From NCBI GenBank assembly GCA_963780105.1, contig CAWABC010000055.1, positions 3,015 through 67,014 of the forward strand: a DNA stretch of 64,000 nucleotides. The letters run 5' to 3'. Below, piece by piece: positions 10,286 to 20,043 of this stretch. The position numbers and the translations under genes are program-made. Below the pieces are notes generated by a model. The model ran no database searches. It had not been told where the DNA came from and saw only the letters and a list, made by a program, of their open reading frames with translations. Origin of the DNA: an uncultured Acidobacteriaceae bacterium. GTDB lineage: Bacteria; Acidobacteriota; Terriglobia; Terriglobales; Acidobacteriaceae. Position 1 is the stretch's first letter; each line of letters opens with the position of its first letter.

Positions 10286-10314
10286 CCTCTGTGAGCCCCT
10301 GTGACCTCTGTGGT
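10286..10314. repeat. three 9-10 nt near-repeats C(T/C)CTGTG(A/G)
   Basis: CTCTGTGAG / CCCTGTGAC / CTCTGTGGT in tandem. Confidence 0.6.
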
Positions 10315-10430
10315 TTTGCGCCGGATTCGGGACCCGTTGTTCCGGCGAGCAGTGTGGCAGAGAGTCCTCGCCATGTGGGAGGGTAGTCCTAAGCGAATGA
10401 AAGCCGCGGGTTGCGGCACAAAGTAGAATC

Positions 10431-10901
10431 ATGTCTCAGGAGGCAAAACAAATGCGTCCCACTTCCCTGCTGTGCGCAACCATCCTCTTTTTTGCAGCTC
10501 TGGGGTTGGCTCAGACTTCCAAGCCCGTCTCCGCCTTCGACCAGCAACTCATCGATCGACAGAAGCAGTTCCTGCAAGCGACCCAGAGCAAAGATGCAAC
10601 CGCGGTCGACCGCTCCATCGCAGACGACTTCCAGGGCATCGCCATTAACGGCGACTTCTACGACAAGGGTGAACTCGTCGAATCCGCACAGACGGGAATA
10701 TCCAAGGACACGCGCGCTTACGATTTCCACGTCGTCAAACTGAACGACGACTCCGCCGTCGTCGCCTACAACCTGATCGTCCCCGGAGAACATCCCCGCT
10801 ATCGCCACATGGCCGACGCCTGGGCAAGAGTCCACGGCCAATGGAAACTGAAATTCCGCCAGATCACCCTCAACCTGTGGAGCGCCAACGATCTGGACTA
10901 A
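10431..10901 (+). CDS. secreted NTF2-like / DUF4440 (SnoaL-like) protein
   Basis: 156 aa. Has a signal-like N-terminus. The Q.FL.A...KDA.A.D..IADDF and W..VHGQWKL pattern is typical of DUF4440. Confidence 0.6.
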   Translation: MSQEAKQMRPTSLLCATILFFAALGLAQTSKPVSAFDQQLIDRQKQFLQATQSKDATAVDRSIADDFQGIAINGDFYDKGELVESAQTGISKDTRAYDFHVVKLNDDSAVVAYNLIVPGEHPRYRHMADAWARVHGQWKLKFRQITLNLWSANDLD

Positions 10902-10977
10902 CTTTATTGACATTTGTTGCCCTACCGGGGTAAGGTTCCGACCGCACGTAACGCAAGAAAATTCTGGGGGGACAAGA

Positions 10978-11757
10978 ATGAATAGAAGAGTGTGGGGGAT
11001 TTTTGCAGTTGTGTGCGCGGTCGCGATGATGGCCGCCGGGGCCGCACCGGCGCTCGCGCAAGACGAACCGAAGGAAAAACCGCCTATGTACAGTTACGTC
11101 GGGAATTGGAGCATTCCCCGCGCACAATGGGCGGAGATGGAAAAAGCCGACTCCACCAATCAGAAGGTTCTGGACAAGGCGATGGCCGATGGAACGATTG
11201 TGGGCTACGGCAACGACGTGAACCTGGTGCATACGCCGGACGGGGACACGCATGACGGCTGGTGGTCGGCGATGTCCATGGCCGGGATACTGAACGTGCT
11301 GGACAAGTTCTACAAGTCCGGCTCGGCGACTTCACCCGTCCTGACCAGCGCCACGAAGCACTCGGACAACATATTTGTCAGCCGGTTTTACAACTGGCAT
11401 TCGGGCTCGTTTAAAGGCGCCTACACGCGCGTAGCGGAGTACAAACTGAAGCCCGACGCGCCCAATCATGCGGTGGAGACGCTCAGCAAGAATCTGTTCG
11501 TGCCGCTGATGGAGAAGTTGCTGGCCGACGGCACGATTCTCGAGTATGAGGTCGACACTGAAGCGATCCATACCGAAGCTCCCGGAACCTTCTGGGTTGT
11601 CTTCATCACGCCCAACGCGGACGGCCTGGACAAGTTCAATGCCGCACTGCAGGAAGGGAGTAAGAAGAACCCTCTGATCGGTCCGGCATTCGGCTCGATG
11701 GTGGACTTCACCGTGCACCGCGATGAACTGGCCAGCTCAACCGTAACTTACAAATAG
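10978..11757 (+). CDS. secreted hypothetical protein with internal two-fold domain duplication
   Basis: 259 aa. Signal is MNRRVWGIFAVVCAVAMMAAGAAPALA. The two halves share Y..V....(18-19 residues)ADGTI..Y..D....HT. Confidence 0.6.
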   Translation: MNRRVWGIFAVVCAVAMMAAGAAPALAQDEPKEKPPMYSYVGNWSIPRAQWAEMEKADSTNQKVLDKAMADGTIVGYGNDVNLVHTPDGDTHDGWWSAMSMAGILNVLDKFYKSGSATSPVLTSATKHSDNIFVSRFYNWHSGSFKGAYTRVAEYKLKPDAPNHAVETLSKNLFVPLMEKLLADGTILEYEVDTEAIHTEAPGTFWVVFITPNADGLDKFNAALQEGSKKNPLIGPAFGSMVDFTVHRDELASSTVTYK

Positions 11758-11791
11758 TTCCCATCGTTCGAACGGCCGGTGGCTGGAGGTT

Positions 11792-11824
11792 GCCCCGCCC
11801 AAGCTCGGCTTGGGTGGGGCTTTT
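11792..11824 (+). terminator. intrinsic terminator
   Basis: GCCCCGCCCAAGC-TCG-GCTTGGGTGGGGC followed by TTTT. Confidence 0.75.
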
Positions 11825-11949
11825 AGTCACAGACTCCCCTGCTGTTGCCAACTCCCGAAACCCTCAACTCCCGTTCCATTTATAATCTTCCATTCGGCTC
11901 ACCACCGCAGTTCCAACTAGGCAGATTTCAGCAAGACAAGGCAAAAAAC

Positions 11950-13770
<1,821 letters not shown>

Positions 13771-13783
13771 GGCAGTCGGGTGG

Positions 13784-13814
13784 CCCGCTCCTTGCGCTTT
13801 TTGCAAGGGGCGGG
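13784..13814 (+). terminator. hairpin after aspS
   Basis: CCCGCTCCTTGC-GCTTTTT-GCAAGGGGCGGG (one G.U pair). There is no T tract after the stem. Confidence 0.45.
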
Positions 13815-14003
13815 TGCCAACTCCACCGGTGCACATTTAGGTGTACTTCCGTGTCTTGCGTTGGTGAGGACGGAGGGCCAAACTGGGGTTACGAGAGACC
13901 AACACCTTTCGTAATGCTGAATGGGCCCGTACCTCAGAAGGAGCGCGATCAGGTGGGCGAACTCTTTTGCCGGAGGCTGCCAACCTTGTATCGCCGGAGA
14001 GGG

Positions 14004-14049
14004 CCGGATTCTAATCCGAAAGTCGCAGGTTCGAGTCCTGCCGGGCTCC
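14004..14049 (+). pseudogene. tRNA-like 3' fragment (Arg-UCU-like anticodon arm remnant, perfect T arm, acceptor 3' strand)
   Basis: CCGGATTCTAATCCG AAAGTC GCAGG-TTCGAGT-CCTGC CGGGCTC C. The T arm is canonical. The anticodon arm has only a 6-nt loop. The 5' half (from about 13973) has no D arm, and the acceptor pairs with one G.G mismatch. It is not a functional tRNA by eye. Confidence 0.5.
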
Positions 14050-14181
14050 TTCAAACAAGATAGACGAACGCTAGCTCGCTCACCAAAATCGTTTGTGCAT
14101 GAAAGCGGCGGGTGGGCCACTTTAACGGGAAAGTATAACTCGGGTCTGTCTTTTGACATTGACCGAAATAACTGGGGGTGC

Positions 14182-14210
14182 GCCACTTCTCGCGCTTTTC
14201 GAGAAGTGGC
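14182..14210 (-). terminator. hairpin downstream of the serine protease gene
   Basis: GCCACTTCTCG-CGCTTTT-CGAGAAGTGGC, a perfect 11-bp stem. Confidence 0.55.
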
Positions 14211-14245
14211 CTGCCGAACAGTAGATATGACCCGCCCGCTGTTGT

Positions 14246-15115
14246 TTACTTGACCAGTTCCAAGACAAAGTCCATGGGCGTAGCGATCGAGTATCCGGAG
14301 TTGCTTGCCATTTGCATTAGGAAAGTCTTAGAGCCCCCCGTATCGACAAACGGTACATACTGACTTATTACGCCAATAATCCTAAGGTTCGTTTTGCATG
14401 TCTCCCTGTCGAGTTCTAGGACTGGACCGCCGCTGTTACCGAAATATGACGGGCAGTCGAGGATTATCGACCGTTTCTCGGGATTTGTCCCGGCCACAAT
14501 TCCTTTGCGAAGCAGAGGGCGGTGGATATCGAGTTTTGGGAGCTGCTGAAGGCCAAGGGAAATCGGGTATCCGAACACCATCACGTCGTTCCCCGTGAGA
14601 ACTTGGTCAAAGGGCTTGACGGTATCCAAGGCTACGCCGAGCACGCCACCCTTCGACTGCTCTTTAGCTGTGACGCCGGGTATGGGTGAGCCCATTAGGG
14701 TGCCCACCGTCGAACTATTTAGTGTAAAAACCTTGACAACCACGACATCTTCAGATGGGTGGGGCTTGATGTTGCCGCCATTTTGTAGAACTGAAAGGTC
14801 TAGTGCTAGTAGATTGTGGGTAGAGTCCGCCGGGTCCTTCGAATAGGACAATAGATCAGCTGCCACATCAAGTAGCCTTTGAGTGGCAGGATCGAAGAGC
14901 ACGTGCTTTGCGGTGACGAGATAGATCGCTGTGCTGGTGTTCAGATAGAACCCAGAGCCTGCGCTTCCATTCTTTAGTGTTATCAAGACGGGATACGCAA
15001 GATTGTCGTCAGGGATCGCACGTTGTGCTTCGGCCACTCTGCCTATGGGAAGCATGCCGATCATAACCGCCAACAGGAGAGTGCGGAAAAACCAAGGGCG
15101 CGAGACCGAAGCCAT
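14246..15115 (-). CDS. secreted trypsin-like (S1 family) serine protease
   Basis: 289 aa. Has a signal peptide, VTAKHVL (His), and YFGNSGGPVLE (the GxSGG catalytic Ser motif). It lies in a visibly lower-G+C stretch. Confidence 0.75.
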   Translation of the reverse strand: MASVSRPWFFRTLLLAVMIGMLPIGRVAEAQRAIPDDNLAYPVLITLKNGSAGSGFYLNTSTAIYLVTAKHVLFDPATQRLLDVAADLLSYSKDPADSTHNLLALDLSVLQNGGNIKPHPSEDVVVVKVFTLNSSTVGTLMGSPIPGVTAKEQSKGGVLGVALDTVKPFDQVLTGNDVMVFGYPISLGLQQLPKLDIHRPLLRKGIVAGTNPEKRSIILDCPSYFGNSGGPVLELDRETCKTNLRIIGVISQYVPFVDTGGSKTFLMQMASNSGYSIATPMDFVLELVK

Positions 15116-15242
15116 TGTCTAAAATGCCTCACTTTAGATTGTACCATAATCTTCGCCCTGTGTTCGCCTCACGGACATCCCCTAATCCATGTGATGAATA
15201 GGGCCTCTCCGACCTGCGCTAGAATAGCCGCGTGAGGTGGTC

Positions 15243-15488
15243 ATGGCAGAGATGACGCCGCGAGTTTCGGAGGTGCTGGAAAAAGCACTGGCGCTTTCCA
15301 CGCAAGAGCGCGGTCTGTTAATCGATCACTTGATTGAGAGCCTCGATGAAGGGCCCGCGGAAGAAAGAGTTGAGGAGGCGTGGGACCACGAGATTAAGCG
15401 CCGGGTTGACGATATTCGAGCTGGCAAGGTCAAGATGATCCCAGGCGAGCAAGTGCTCCAGGAACTCGCTAAAAGAGCTCCCCGATGA
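15243..15488 (+). CDS. putative addiction-module antitoxin component (Unstab_antitox-like)
   Basis: MAEMTPRVSEVLEKALALSTQERGLLIDHLIESLD...EEAWDHEIKRRVDDIRAGK matches the LS..ER..L...L..SL ... W..E...R pattern of that antitoxin family. GAGGTGG lies upstream of the ATG at 15243. Confidence 0.6.
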   Translation: MAEMTPRVSEVLEKALALSTQERGLLIDHLIESLDEGPAEERVEEAWDHEIKRRVDDIRAGKVKMIPGEQVLQELAKRAPR

Positions 15489-15556
15489 GAGGTAAGCGGT
15501 TCCGGTTTCACCCTGAGGCGAAGCGGAAGCCCGGATACTGGAAGGCGCGACTCTAG
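15485..15556 (+). pseudogene. truncated RelE/ParE-type toxin remnant (23 codons)
   Basis: ATGA overlap with the antitoxin stop. MRGKRFRFHPEAKRKPGYWKARL* retains the F.FHPEA start of ParE/RelE toxins and is then cut off at the cmk 3' end. Confidence 0.4.
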
Positions 15557-16242
15557 CGCCTCGCCACCAGCCGCTGCTCCACCAACTCCTCGATTCGATT
15601 GAGGACTTCATCTTCGCTCATAGTCGTCGAGTCGAGCACCACGGCATCTTCCGCGGCTACCAGCGGAGAGGCGGCGCGGGTGCGGTCGCGCCGGTCGCGT
15701 TCCCGAAGTTCCGCCGCGATTGCCTTGGCCGGAGCGCCCTTCACTTTCTGCTGGTCAAGCCGCCGCTGCTCGCGAATTACGGGATCGGCGTCGAGAAAAA
15801 TCTTTAGATCGGCATCGGGAAACACTTTGGTTCCAATGTCGCGGCCCTCCATGACGACGCCGCCGCCGATGCCCATCTCGCGCTGCCGCTCGACCATCCA
15901 CTCCCGCACTTTGGGATGCACGGAGACGCGCGACGCCCCTTCCGACACATCGCGCTCGCGGATGCGCTGGGAAACGTCTTTCCCGTTGACCAGGACACGA
16001 TTGCCGCCGATGGAGCGATCCAGAGTGATGCGCGAATCCTGCGCCATCTTCAGTAGCGCATCCTCGTCGTCGAATGACGCGTCCCACTCGATCGCGCGCA
16101 GTGCCAGGGCGCGGTACATCGCCCCGCTCTCCAGGTTCACGTAGCCGAGTTTGCGGGCGAGGCGGGAGGCGATGGTGCTCTTGCCGGCTCCGGCGGGGCC
16201 GTCAATGGCGATGATGAGTTTGCGTGGAGAAGAATCGGTCAT
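15553..16242 (-). CDS. cmk: (d)CMP kinase
   Basis: 229 aa. IIAIDGPAGAGKSTIASRLARKLGYVNLESGAMYRALAL is a canonical Cmk N-terminus. Confidence 0.95.
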   Translation of the reverse strand: MTDSSPRKLIIAIDGPAGAGKSTIASRLARKLGYVNLESGAMYRALALRAIEWDASFDDEDALLKMAQDSRITLDRSIGGNRVLVNGKDVSQRIRERDVSEGASRVSVHPKVREWMVERQREMGIGGGVVMEGRDIGTKVFPDADLKIFLDADPVIREQRRLDQQKVKGAPAKAIAAELRERDRRDRTRAASPLVAAEDAVVLDSTTMSEDEVLNRIEELVEQRLVARR

Positions 16243-16316
16243 CGTGGCGAACGTGTGATTTTACACGGCTGGCGCGTGGAAAACTACAGGTACTACAGAA
16301 CGCTAGGAGTTTGATT

Positions 16317-16377
16317 GTGTGGGGACGGGCGCCCTCGCCCGTCCAGGCCGAGCGAAGCTCGGCAGCGCTGTTGGCTG
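16317..16377. repeat. REP-like double-hairpin element, family 2 (copy 1)
   Basis: GTGTGGGGACGGGCGCCCTCGCCCGTCCAGGCCGAGCGAAGCTCGGCAGCG. It contains two adjacent hairpins, GACGGGCG/CGCCCGTC and GCCGAGC/GCTCGGC. A near-identical copy lies at 45643..45694. Confidence 0.8.
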
Positions 16378-16408
16378 CCAACGATTCCACTCCCCGGTTC
16401 AACACGCT

Positions 16409-17287
16409 TTAGCCCACGCGCTCGGGGCGCGGTTTGGGGACGTATGCTTGTTTTGGCGGAGTCACCTGCAGCAGCGATTTACTCCCGACATGGACAAAGC
16501 TCAATTCTCGCGCCGAGAGCAAGGCATGGATGGCTTCCTTCACGCGCGTGCGCGGAACAAAGTTGGCAAGAAAGTTCTCGACGTCTCCCTCATCCACCGC
16601 CACCACGCAACCCAAATATTTCGAAACCAGCGCCGAGAGTGCTTCGGGCACCGAAATTCCGACGCCTTCGCGCACAACATCGGGAGCCCAGCGCGACAAT
16701 TCGTCCCACACCGAGCCTTGCTCTACTGTGTAATCGACGCGCGTGATGCGCAGTTTGGCCCACAGTTCGCCGAGCGCGCGATCGAGGCCGGCGTTCGAAA
16801 CCGCGCCGCCCAGCAGCTCGCCCAGCTTCGATTTCGAAATCGGTCCACGGCGCCGGATGATTTCGAAAGCGTCACAGGCCAGCGGTGAATAGGGAGACCG
16901 CGGCCCCGTTGCAGGCGGCTGCTTCGGATTACGCTCGCCCACCAGCGAATAGAAATAAGGAAACACCGAGGCCGCCAGCAGGAAAGCGTTGTTCTCGTCA
17001 AACAACAGGGCCTCGTAGGCTGCCTGGTCGCGCAGGGCGCGCACCATCAATTCCGTCGCCTCTTTCGCTCGCGGATCGTTATAAGCGTGCTGGCGCGACG
17101 GCAGCTTGTCATCGGCTCCCACCCAGGCTCCCATGAAAGTCGGCAGCAGCAACGCAGGCCTCATCGGATACATCAGACAAAATCCGACCGACTCGAGGAA
17201 GGCGTGCGCTTCATCGAGAGTGCGCACCGGCTGGCCGTCGAGACGCCACTTTTGCGCACGAGCCTGCAGGAGTTCCGGGTCGGTCAT
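16409..17287 (-). CDS. hypothetical protein with a winged-helix-like segment
   Basis: ORF 16409..17413. The ATG at 17287 (MTDPELLQARAQKWRLDG...) avoids overlap with the divergent gene. FEIIRRRGPISKSKLGELLG looks like an HTH. The family is not recognised. Confidence 0.5.
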   Translation of the reverse strand: MTDPELLQARAQKWRLDGQPVRTLDEAHAFLESVGFCLMYPMRPALLLPTFMGAWVGADDKLPSRQHAYNDPRAKEATELMVRALRDQAAYEALLFDENNAFLLAASVFPYFYSLVGERNPKQPPATGPRSPYSPLACDAFEIIRRRGPISKSKLGELLGGAVSNAGLDRALGELWAKLRITRVDYTVEQGSVWDELSRWAPDVVREGVGISVPEALSALVSKYLGCVVAVDEGDVENFLANFVPRTRVKEAIHALLSARELSFVHVGSKSLLQVTPPKQAYVPKPRPERVG

Positions 17288-17359
17288 GTCTTGATTAGAC
17301 CATAACCGCCCGCGCCCGGACGAAATCTGCCAGCGCTGCGGGGACATATACTGCTTGCT

Positions 17360-17818
17360 ATGAAGACAGCGCTTGCGTTGCTGCTCCTGACAGTTTGCCC
17401 CGCTCTTTCGCAAAGCAAGAATTCGGAAAATGAGGTTCGCCAGACTCTCTCGGAGTTCGTGCAGGCCTTTGACAACCTGGAATGGGAACGCTTTGCAGGA
17501 TTCTTTGCAGACGATGCGACCCTATTCCAGCCGCGGAAATTTCCGCGACGCGCCGAAAACAAAACGGAAATCGAAGCTGAGTTTCGGCAGGTCTTCGAAA
17601 TCATTCGCGGAAACCAGTCCAAGCCGCCGTATATGGACTCGCAACCGCGTGACCTTCGCATCCAGATGCTCACGGGTGACGTCGCCATTGCGACGTTTCA
17701 TCTCGACGACCGACCCGGCATGCTCAACCGGCGCACGATCGTGTTGCAACACTTCAAGCCGGGATGGAAGATTGTGCACATCCATGCTTCGGAACTCGCG
17801 GTGCCAGCGGCCAACTGA
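17360..17818 (+). CDS. secreted NTF2-like / DUF4440 protein
   Basis: 152 aa. Has a signal peptide; EVRQTLSEFVQAFDNLEWERFAGFFADDATLF ... KPGWKIVHIHAS. Confidence 0.6.
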   Translation: MKTALALLLLTVCPALSQSKNSENEVRQTLSEFVQAFDNLEWERFAGFFADDATLFQPRKFPRRAENKTEIEAEFRQVFEIIRGNQSKPPYMDSQPRDLRIQMLTGDVAIATFHLDDRPGMLNRRTIVLQHFKPGWKIVHIHASELAVPAAN

Positions 17819-17837
17819 TCGGGAACAAAAGACAATC

Positions 17838-19913
17838 CTAGATCCTCTTGAACGCCTTCTGAATATCCTGCATGGAATAGCGCAGCACCACCGGGCGGCC
17901 GTGCGGGCATGTCATGGGATGCTCGGTTTTCGCCAGTTCGGCGAGCAACCATTCCATCTTGTGCTGGTCGAGGGGCATATTGACCTTGATGGCGGCGCGG
18001 CACGCAATCGATGCGGCGATGCGCGTTCTCACTGCTTCCAGATTGATGGCTTGATCTTCGCGGGTGAGTTGTTCGAAGATTTCGTTCAGCATGGGCTCGA
18101 TCTGGGCTGCGTCCACACCGGCGGGTGCGACCTTCACGGCCACGCTGCGCGCGCCGAAGGGTTCCGCCTCAAAACCGTTGTGTGCAAGCTCTTCGGCAAT
18201 GTCGCTGAAGATGGCTTGCTGTGCTGGAGTCAGTTCGATGACCAGGGGCATGAGCAAACGCTGGCTCTCCACTCGTTGCGCTGAGCGTTGCCGCAGAACT
18301 CGCTCGAACAGCACGCGTTCGTGGGCCACATGTTGATCGATGATCCAGAGGCCATCTTCATTGACGGCGAGAATGAATGAATTTCGAATCTGGCCTAACG
18401 GTCGCAGGGTTCGCAACGACTCGAGGGTTGGAGCAGTTTGCGGCTCTTGCACGATCGGCGGCGCACAGCCGTGATCGGGAATTGGCCGAGGATCGATCGT
18501 CGGATCGAACGTCGGATGACCGCTTGTCCGATCAGCACCCGTTGCCTCCGGCGCGCGTGCGAGCGATACCGCCGCGTCGGCCTCGACTGTAATGCCTCCT
18601 TCAAATTCGAGGTGCGCCGTGGCCGGGGGAACTGCCGCCGCCAGCAGCGCAAAGCCGCCCGCTGCTGCCGGTTCCTGCAAGTCGCGCCACGGGGCGCGTT
18701 CGAAACCGCCGCTGTTCGCTCCCTGGTTAAGCGCGGGACTGGTGAGGCCGGCACTTGCCGATGGCTGCGCGCGAATCTCCGTCAAGAACTGCGGTACCGG
18801 ACGTGCCTTCATCAGCGCCGCTCGCACCGACTCGCGGACAAAATCATGGACCACGGACTGCTGCCGGAAGCGTACTTCGGTCTTCGACGGGTGCACATTC
18901 ACATCCACTTCGGCGGTTGGCATCTCGATAAAAAGCAGGACCACAGGAAAGACCGTCGGCGCCAGGATGTTCCGATAGGCCTCGGTAATTCCATGCTGAA
19001 TGAGGCGGTCGCGAATCAGCCGTCCATTTACGAAAATGAAAATCGAATTGCGATTGAGCTTCTGAATTTCCGGCTTGGAAACAAAGCCATGGAGACGCAC
19101 CTCGCCGAAATCGTGGGGCGCGGGTATTCCTGACTGCGAAGCCTCATCTTCCACATCGGCGGATTCGCGGGCAGTCTCGGCGGCCCGCCGCCACGGCGGA
19201 GCCTGCGGCAGACCGATCCGCTCCAAGGGTTGCACTGCCGCCAGCGGAATCAACTGGTCGAGGATCTCGCGGCCAAACACCTGGTAGACGCGCTCGCGAT
19301 GGCCGGCCACGGGCGGGGCCACCAGCAAGGCATTGGTCGCCGAGTGCAACTCGAAATGTTTTTCAGGGTGCGCCAGCGCGTAGTGGGTTACGAGCGAAAC
19401 GATGTGGGAGAGCTCGGTCGATTCCGATCTTAGAAACTTCTTGCGCGCCGGGGTATTGAAGAAGAGATCGCGAATCGTGATCGAAGTCCCAAGGGGCAAT
19501 CCCGCCTCGTCCACACGGATGATTTTGCCGCCGTTAATTTCGAGGACGGTCCCGGCGGCTTCTTCTTCGGCTCGGGTTTCCAGATGCAGCCGGGTAACCG
19601 AAGCGATGGAGGGCAGCGCCTCGCCGCGAAATCCGAGGGTCGAAATACTCAGCAGGTCGTCGGTGTCTTTGATTTTCGAAGTGGCATGGCGCTCGAAGGC
19701 GAGCATGGCATCGTCGCGCACCATGCCACATCCGTTGTCGGCGATCTGGATCAGCTTCTTGCCGCCCGCCTCGACCTGAATGCGGATGCGGGTGGAACCG
19801 GCGTCCAGAGCGTTCTCAAGCAACTCCTTGACCACCGACGCGGGACGCTCAACCACTTCGCCGGCAGCGATCTGGTTGGCTACTCTTTCGGGAAGGACGT
19901 GAATTTTGCCCAT
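17838..19913 (-). CDS. mutL: DNA mismatch repair protein MutL
   Basis: ORF 17838..20093. The ATG at 19913 gives MGKIHVLPERVANQIAAGEVVERPASVVKELLENALDAG, a canonical GHKL N-terminus. Confidence 0.95.
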   Translation of the reverse strand: MGKIHVLPERVANQIAAGEVVERPASVVKELLENALDAGSTRIRIQVEAGGKKLIQIADNGCGMVRDDAMLAFERHATSKIKDTDDLLSISTLGFRGEALPSIASVTRLHLETRAEEEAAGTVLEINGGKIIRVDEAGLPLGTSITIRDLFFNTPARKKFLRSESTELSHIVSLVTHYALAHPEKHFELHSATNALLVAPPVAGHRERVYQVFGREILDQLIPLAAVQPLERIGLPQAPPWRRAAETARESADVEDEASQSGIPAPHDFGEVRLHGFVSKPEIQKLNRNSIFIFVNGRLIRDRLIQHGITEAYRNILAPTVFPVVLLFIEMPTAEVDVNVHPSKTEVRFRQQSVVHDFVRESVRAALMKARPVPQFLTEIRAQPSASAGLTSPALNQGANSGGFERAPWRDLQEPAAAGGFALLAAAVPPATAHLEFEGGITVEADAAVSLARAPEATGADRTSGHPTFDPTIDPRPIPDHGCAPPIVQEPQTAPTLESLRTLRPLGQIRNSFILAVNEDGLWIIDQHVAHERVLFERVLRQRSAQRVESQRLLMPLVIELTPAQQAIFSDIAEELAHNGFEAEPFGARSVAVKVAPAGVDAAQIEPMLNEIFEQLTREDQAINLEAVRTRIAASIACRAAIKVNMPLDQHKMEWLLAELAKTEHPMTCPHGRPVVLRYSMQDIQKAFKRI

Positions 19914-19916
19914 GGA

Positions 19917-19951
19917 CCTGTGGCCTGTGGTCAGTGGCCAGTGGTCAGTGT
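19917..19951. repeat. tandem heptamer (C/T)C(T/A)GTGG x5
   Basis: CCTGTGG CCTGTGG TCAGTGG CCAGTGG TCAGTGT, immediately upstream of the mutL start. Confidence 0.75.
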
Positions 19952-20043
19952 GACAGATTCTTGGGCGCAGCGTAAAGACGGGTGAGGTCAGCGGGACGGC
20001 ACGGAAAATGAAGCTGTCGTATAGTTTTCCCGGGAGTGCTGAG

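Noticed and set aside
10228-10314. CRISPR array.
   Set aside because: The units are 7-10 nt and directly abutting, with no spacers. No cas genes are nearby.
13921-14049. Intact tRNA, tRNA-Sec (relevant to hydrogenase/Hdr selenoproteins) or tmRNA.
   Set aside because: - There is no D arm, and the anticodon loop is only 6 nt.
- There is no TCA anticodon, no 8/5 Sec architecture and no long variable arm.
- Upstream there is no GGGG...TTCGAC tmRNA 5' end and no tag ORF ending in Ala-Ala.
- Only the 3' 45 nt or so is tRNA-like.
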